Positions 4,555 through 7,142 of a DNA stretch of 7,142 nt are shown piece by piece (within the stretch, counting starts at the first letter, position 1; each line of letters begins with the position of its first letter). The stretch covers positions 1 through 7,142 of IMG/VR virus record IMGVR_UViG_3300002838_000029. The stretch is one strand, 5' to 3'. The notes under the pieces are model-generated. The model ran no database searches, was not told where the DNA came from, and worked only from the letters and a program-made list of their open reading frames with translations. The translations under genes and the position numbers were made by a program. This stretch comes from a virus.

Positions 4555-5786
4555 GCGGCCACCTGCAAATGGTTCGGGCGGCGGTACCAGGTCGGCATCG
4601 GGAGCACGTCAACCGGGATGACTTCGCGGCTGGCGGTGTGAACGATTGGGCGGACTTTGAGCGCATCGCACGGGTTCGCAATGTCGATGCCGATGCGGCG
4701 CAGGCGGGCGCGGTGCGTCTTGACCGACGACTTCTCGAAGTCGAACTTGGCTTTGCCTGTCATCCAGAGCATTGCGTATTGGGCGGTCGTGTATGCCGCC
4801 TTGGTGCTGGTCACGATCTTCTCGGAAATGAGGTGATCCGCGATGGTTTCATAATCCATAGCCGTTACCTTCAGTCGGTCGTCTATCTTCAAAAATGCGT
4901 CATGTATGGTCTGGAAGCGGGCCTCATCGAACATGCCCCACCACGCGAGGCCTTCTCGAAGCAGGTATTCGCGCTTTAGCTCTTGCTCCATGCGAACAAC
5001 GCCGTGTTCTTCGCAGTAGGCGATCAGATCGCGCAGGTACTGGACCTCTGGCGAATCGTCACCGAAGTTGCGGCGCGCCTTGGGTAGCAGGAATTTCAGG
5101 ATGGCTTTGGCCTTGATGTAGGCCTTCCGGTACTGGTCACGGGCCTGCCAATCGACAGTGCAACCGTCTTCGTAAAGCTTGCCGACCTTGTATCCGGCCC
5201 GCTGGGTGCTCAGGGAGGACACATACTGAAGTTCGTTGCCCTTCCCTACTGCGCGGTTCGTGGTGAGGTCGATACGCGTGATGCGCATGCCGTCGCCGAT
5301 GGTGGTGTGCTTGTGCGCCTTCTCAACAGTCTTGATCCAAGCGCCCGCGTCCCCTTCCCTTTCGGCCTGCTCAACGGCGGATGACTTGCCCATGATCTTG
5401 CGACTGACGACGCGGGAGGACTCAGCCTGCATGAAGTCGAGCCGAGTGCAGCGCGTAAGAGCAGGCAAGCCGTACTCAGCAAGGATGCGGTTGTAGACCG
5501 CGACGCACTGATCGACGGTGCGGAAGCCGAACAGGTTGTCGAGGCGATCAACAGCGCTCGGATTGCCCTGGACAATCAGCTTGCGACCATCGACACGGAT
5601 GCTGATCGACGTTGTGTAGGAGCCTTCATGCTTCCAGCCGGGCTGGGTGACGCTGAGACGTTCACCGGTTCGGGCGCAATAGCGCTCGATGGTGATATCA
5701 GCGACTTTAGGCAGATCGAACGGATACACCTGCTCTACCGATAGGTAGTCGATGAACATCCGTGACTGTTGATCTGCTGGAGACAT
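4551..5786 (-). CDS. Replication initiation protein, Ff gene II-like (rolling-circle nickase), 411 aa
   Basis: Colinear similarity to M13 gpII as I recall it. N-terminal MFIDYLSV resembles MIDMLVLRL. LIVQGNPSAVDRLDNLFGF resembles VEIKASPAKVLQGHNVFG. MRITRIDLTTN resembles TTISRIDATF. VVRMEQELKREYL resembles LVRFEARIKTRYL. C-terminal PTWYRRPN resembles PDWYNEPV. It is the first gene of the operon and divergent from the repressor. An alternative start is Met10 (5759). Confidence 0.9.
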   Translation of the reverse strand: MSPADQQSRMFIDYLSVEQVYPFDLPKVADITIERYCARTGERLSVTQPGWKHEGSYTTSISIRVDGRKLIVQGNPSAVDRLDNLFGFRTVDQCVAVYNRILAEYGLPALTRCTRLDFMQAESSRVVSRKIMGKSSAVEQAEREGDAGAWIKTVEKAHKHTTIGDGMRITRIDLTTNRAVGKGNELQYVSSLSTQRAGYKVGKLYEDGCTVDWQARDQYRKAYIKAKAILKFLLPKARRNFGDDSPEVQYLRDLIAYCEEHGVVRMEQELKREYLLREGLAWWGMFDEARFQTIHDAFLKIDDRLKVTAMDYETIADHLISEKIVTSTKAAYTTAQYAMLWMTGKAKFDFEKSSVKTHRARLRRIGIDIANPCDALKVRPIVHTASREVIPVDVLPMPTWYRRPNHLQVAA

Positions 5787-5914
5787 GCCTGAAATCCGTC
5801 AAGGCCCACATATGGGTCGCAAAGCTACCGCATATGGTTTGAATGCGTCAAGCCGTATGCGGTCTGTAGAATGACCACATATGGCGGACGCCAAAAACGC
5901 AGGGGTTAGCATCC
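5787..5914. promoter_or_regulatory. Divergent rep/repressor control region with an operator-like CC(R)CATATGG array and candidate promoters
   Basis: Motif copies: CCACATATGG 5806-5815, CCGCATATGG 5828-5837, inverted CCGTATGCGG 5853-5862 (1 mismatch) and CCACATATGG 5875-5884. Start-to-start spacings are 22, 25 and 22 nt. The candidate rep promoter on the minus strand has -35 TTGACG (5851-5846), an 18-nt spacer and -10 TAGCTT (5827-5822), with the second motif copy in its spacer. The candidate repressor promoter has -10 TAGAAT (5867-5872) but no good -35. Confidence 0.55.
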
Positions 5915-6280
5915 ATGGACACCGAAAACACTCAGAGTCAGACGGACATGTCAGTCGCCAACAACATACGAAAGGCGCGGGAAAACAAGGGCTTAACAGT
6001 GGAAGAGGCAGCGTCCATATGTGGTGTTCCGATTGGCAGCTACCGGAAATACGAGAACGGACAGTCACAACCGACCGCAGTCCCGATCAGGGCAATAGCA
6101 AAAGGTCTTGGGGTTTCAACGGATGAAATCCTGATGGAACCTGACGAACGGTCTGTAAAGGCAGAGCTGAGGCGTCTATTCGGAGCGATAGCAGAGCTTG
6201 ATGATCAACATCAGGCGGAGGTAAAGCGGGCAATTAAAGGGCTGCTGATGGTGTTTCAGCAGGAGGAACTGTCCGAGTAA
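5915..6280 (+). CDS. XRE-family (Cro/CI-type HTH) transcriptional repressor, 121 aa
   Basis: The HTH_3-like segment NIRKARENKGLTVEEAASICGVPIGSYRKYENGQSQP is followed by a helical C-terminal region. It is divergent from rep, as rstR is from rstA in CTXphi. An alternative start is Met12 (5948). Confidence 0.88.
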   Translation: MDTENTQSQTDMSVANNIRKARENKGLTVEEAASICGVPIGSYRKYENGQSQPTAVPIRAIAKGLGVSTDEILMEPDERSVKAELRRLFGAIAELDDQHQAEVKRAIKGLLMVFQQEELSE

Positions 6281-6282
6281 AA

Positions 6283-6324
6283 GTATGGGATTCCATACCA
6301 AATTGGGGGTGTTACAGCACCCCC
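6283..6324 (+). other. Two tandem small hairpins downstream of the repressor gene
   Basis: The first is GTATGG-GATT-CCATAC (6283-6298). The second is GGGGGTG-TTACAG-CACCCCC (6305-6324). Neither has a following T-run, so their function is unclear (attenuator, RNA stability element or origin element). Confidence 0.35.
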
Positions 6325-6349
6325 ACCCCATTCAGCCAGGGAGAGCGTC

Positions 6350-6514
6350 ATGGGATTGCAAGACAGAGACTGGTTCAACGAGCGAAAGCAGAAGCCGAGC
6401 AAGCCGCTGAAACAGCCTCAGCAAGGCTGGAAAAAGCCCCGTAGCGACAACTTCTGGACCGGCGTGGCAATGGCAGTAGTGGCGGTCGGAATCGCGCTGT
6501 ACCGGCTGCTGTAA
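6350..6514 (+). CDS. 54-aa tail-anchored membrane protein (basic N-terminus, C-terminal TM)
   Basis: Hand translation gives MGLQDRDWFNERKQKPSKPLKQPQQGWKKPRSDNFWTGVAMAVVAVGIALYRLL. A GGGAGAG SD lies about 7 nt upstream of the ATG at 6350. It is on the same strand as the repressor, downstream of it and upstream of the 6671-6709 terminator. It is not in the supplied ORF track. Confidence 0.6.
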   Translation: MGLQDRDWFNERKQKPSKPLKQPQQGWKKPRSDNFWTGVAMAVVAVGIALYRLL

Positions 6515-6670
6515 AAGCACGGCTGAACCATCGCAACTATCGTGACCTAACCGTCGGCGGTGCTGATGATCCTGGGAGAGCGGCAGAGAGAAGCCCAGGA
6601 GCGGTTCCATTTGGGTAGATCGGGGCGCGGGTTGAGGTAGTGGCGGGACAACGGGACGAAGATCGCGAGA

Positions 6671-6709
6671 AGCCTCCAGAGGGCCATACAGGCCGCTGGG
6701 GGCTTTTTT
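6671..6709 (+). terminator. Rho-independent terminator ending the plus-strand repressor/ORF54 transcription unit (copy 2, contiguous with those genes)
   Basis: Identical hairpin plus T6 as at 115-153. It lies 157 nt downstream of the ORF54 stop at 6514. Confidence 0.65.
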
Positions 6710-6826
6710 GTGGGTCGATGGTTGCGGCCCCTTCGGGGGTATCGTCGCAGGCGCTATGCAGCACGACAGGAGGCAGTGCAGGCGACTAATCGCCGCGAGC
6801 GGCGAGGTCGAGGCCAGGGGGACCGA

Positions 6827-7057
6827 TCAGAGCTGGTGAATGCGGTCAGCGATCTGGCGAAGCTCTTCCAGGATGGAATCGAGTTCAGCTCCTTCCTGGT
6901 CGAGTTGGTCAACGCGCTTTCGAAGCTCGCGGATCTCGCGGACGAGTCGGGGATAGTCCTCGAGCAACCAGCTGACGGCATCAGCTCCCTTTCGTCCAGG
7001 AGCGTAAAGCTCAGCGGTTTTCACCAGGTGTGATTCGAGATCAATAGCGCATCGCAT
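6827..7057 (-). CDS. Second copy of the 76-aa coiled-coil ORF (inside the terminal repeat)
   Basis: Its translation is identical to that of 271..501. Confidence 0.5.
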   Translation of the reverse strand: MRCAIDLESHLVKTAELYAPGRKGADAVSWLLEDYPRLVREIRELRKRVDQLDQEGAELDSILEELRQIADRIHQL

Positions 7058-7142
7058 AATCGGCCCTATGTTACGCGCCGCCTGGAGCCGGAGGCAGTTT
7101 CCAGACGACGCTCAACATAAGGCCATTCTCATTATGCGAAAC
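7047..7142 (-). other. Second copy of the dif-like hairpin (truncated by the window end at the position equivalent to 586)
   Basis: Part of the terminal repeat. Site A copy is 7049-7076 and site B copy is 7110-7142. Confidence 0.7.

Larger units (their letters stand above)
1..6556 (-). mobile_element. Complete genome unit of a filamentous ssDNA phage (Inoviridae-like, CTXphi/Pf-like gene order), 6,556 bp, circular or tandem
   Basis: The canonical inovirus gene order runs on the minus strand: rep(gII)-small ORFs-ssb(gV)-two micro-ORFs-coat(gVIII)-gIII-gVI-gI(Zot). A divergent XRE repressor lies on the plus strand. Bases 1-586 recur at 6557-7142, which closes the circle at 6,556 bp. Confidence 0.9.
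6557..7142. repeat. Terminal direct repeat, copy 2
   Basis: Same as copy 1 with offset 6556. The window ends at 7142 (= 586), which is the outer edge of the XerC-like arm of dif-like site B. Confidence 0.95.

Noticed and set aside
4125-4681. Long versions of ORFs 4125..4532 (135 aa) and 4355..4681 (108 aa)
   Set aside because: Their N-terminal extensions overlap each other and the end of rep in different frames. The phased ATGA stop/start overlaps and the GGAG before 4358 support the shorter nested genes of 77 aa and 28 aa.
4569-5575. ORFs inside or antisense to rep: 4569..4979(+), 4895..5116(+), 5236..5496(+) and 5246..5575(-)
   Set aside because: They are embedded in the rep gene, whose frame shows colinear gpII-like motifs. 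Their sequences are low-complexity Ala/Arg/Ser/Pro-rich, as expected from off-frame GC-rich DNA.
5799-6126. ORFs 5799..6068(-) and 5881..6126(+)
   Set aside because: The first is antisense to the repressor N-terminus and spans the promoter/operator region. The second is out of frame with the repressor gene, which has a clear XRE HTH.
6332-6764. Minus-strand ORFs 6332..6610 (92 aa) and 6537..6764 (75 aa)
   Set aside because: The first is antisense to the 54-aa ORF, which has an SD. The second runs through the terminator hairpin. Both are His/Arg/Pro/Ser-rich with no RBS.
1-7142. Scan for tRNA, rRNA, CRISPR arrays, integrase or transposase genes
   Set aside because: No cloverleaf-like segments, no short direct repeats with regular spacers, and no ORF with recombinase-like features were seen. 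All substantial ORFs are accounted for by inovirus functions.

Overview
The window holds one complete circular genome unit (6,556 bp) of a filamentous ssDNA phage with inovirus/CTXphi-like organisation. It also carries 586 bp of terminal redundancy (1-586 = 6557-7142): identical in every stretch I compared by eye and in all three ORF translations inside it. The minus strand carries a tightly packed, largely translationally coupled operon. In order it encodes a gpII-like replication initiator (4551-5786), two micro-ORFs (38 and 28 aa) and a 77-aa protein. Next come a gpV-like ssDNA-binding protein, two micro-ORFs at the pVII/pIX position (31 and 39 aa) and a Pf1-style major coat protein. The operon ends with a pIII-like adsorption protein, a pVI-like membrane protein, a Zot/pI P-loop assembly ATPase and a 76-aa coiled-coil ORF. 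The plus strand carries an XRE-family repressor divergent from rep, then a 54-aa tail-anchored membrane protein, and ends at an intrinsic terminator. No integrase, secretin (pIV), tRNA, rRNA or CRISPR is present. The most interesting feature is a hairpin of about 98 nt (491-588) between Zot and the 76-aa ORF, built from two inverted dif-like XerC/XerD sites. One site has a 6-nt central region and the other an 11-nt one. The hairpin folds better on the strand expected to be packaged, which is the architecture of the CTXphi attP(+) site used for ssDNA integration at dif. Other notable points: a CC(R)CATATGG operator-like array in the rep/repressor divergent region, four micro-ORFs missing from the ORF track, a low-GC mosaic gene III, and a strong GC hairpin before gene I. 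All functional calls rest on motif recognition, gene order and remembered family features. No database search was possible.
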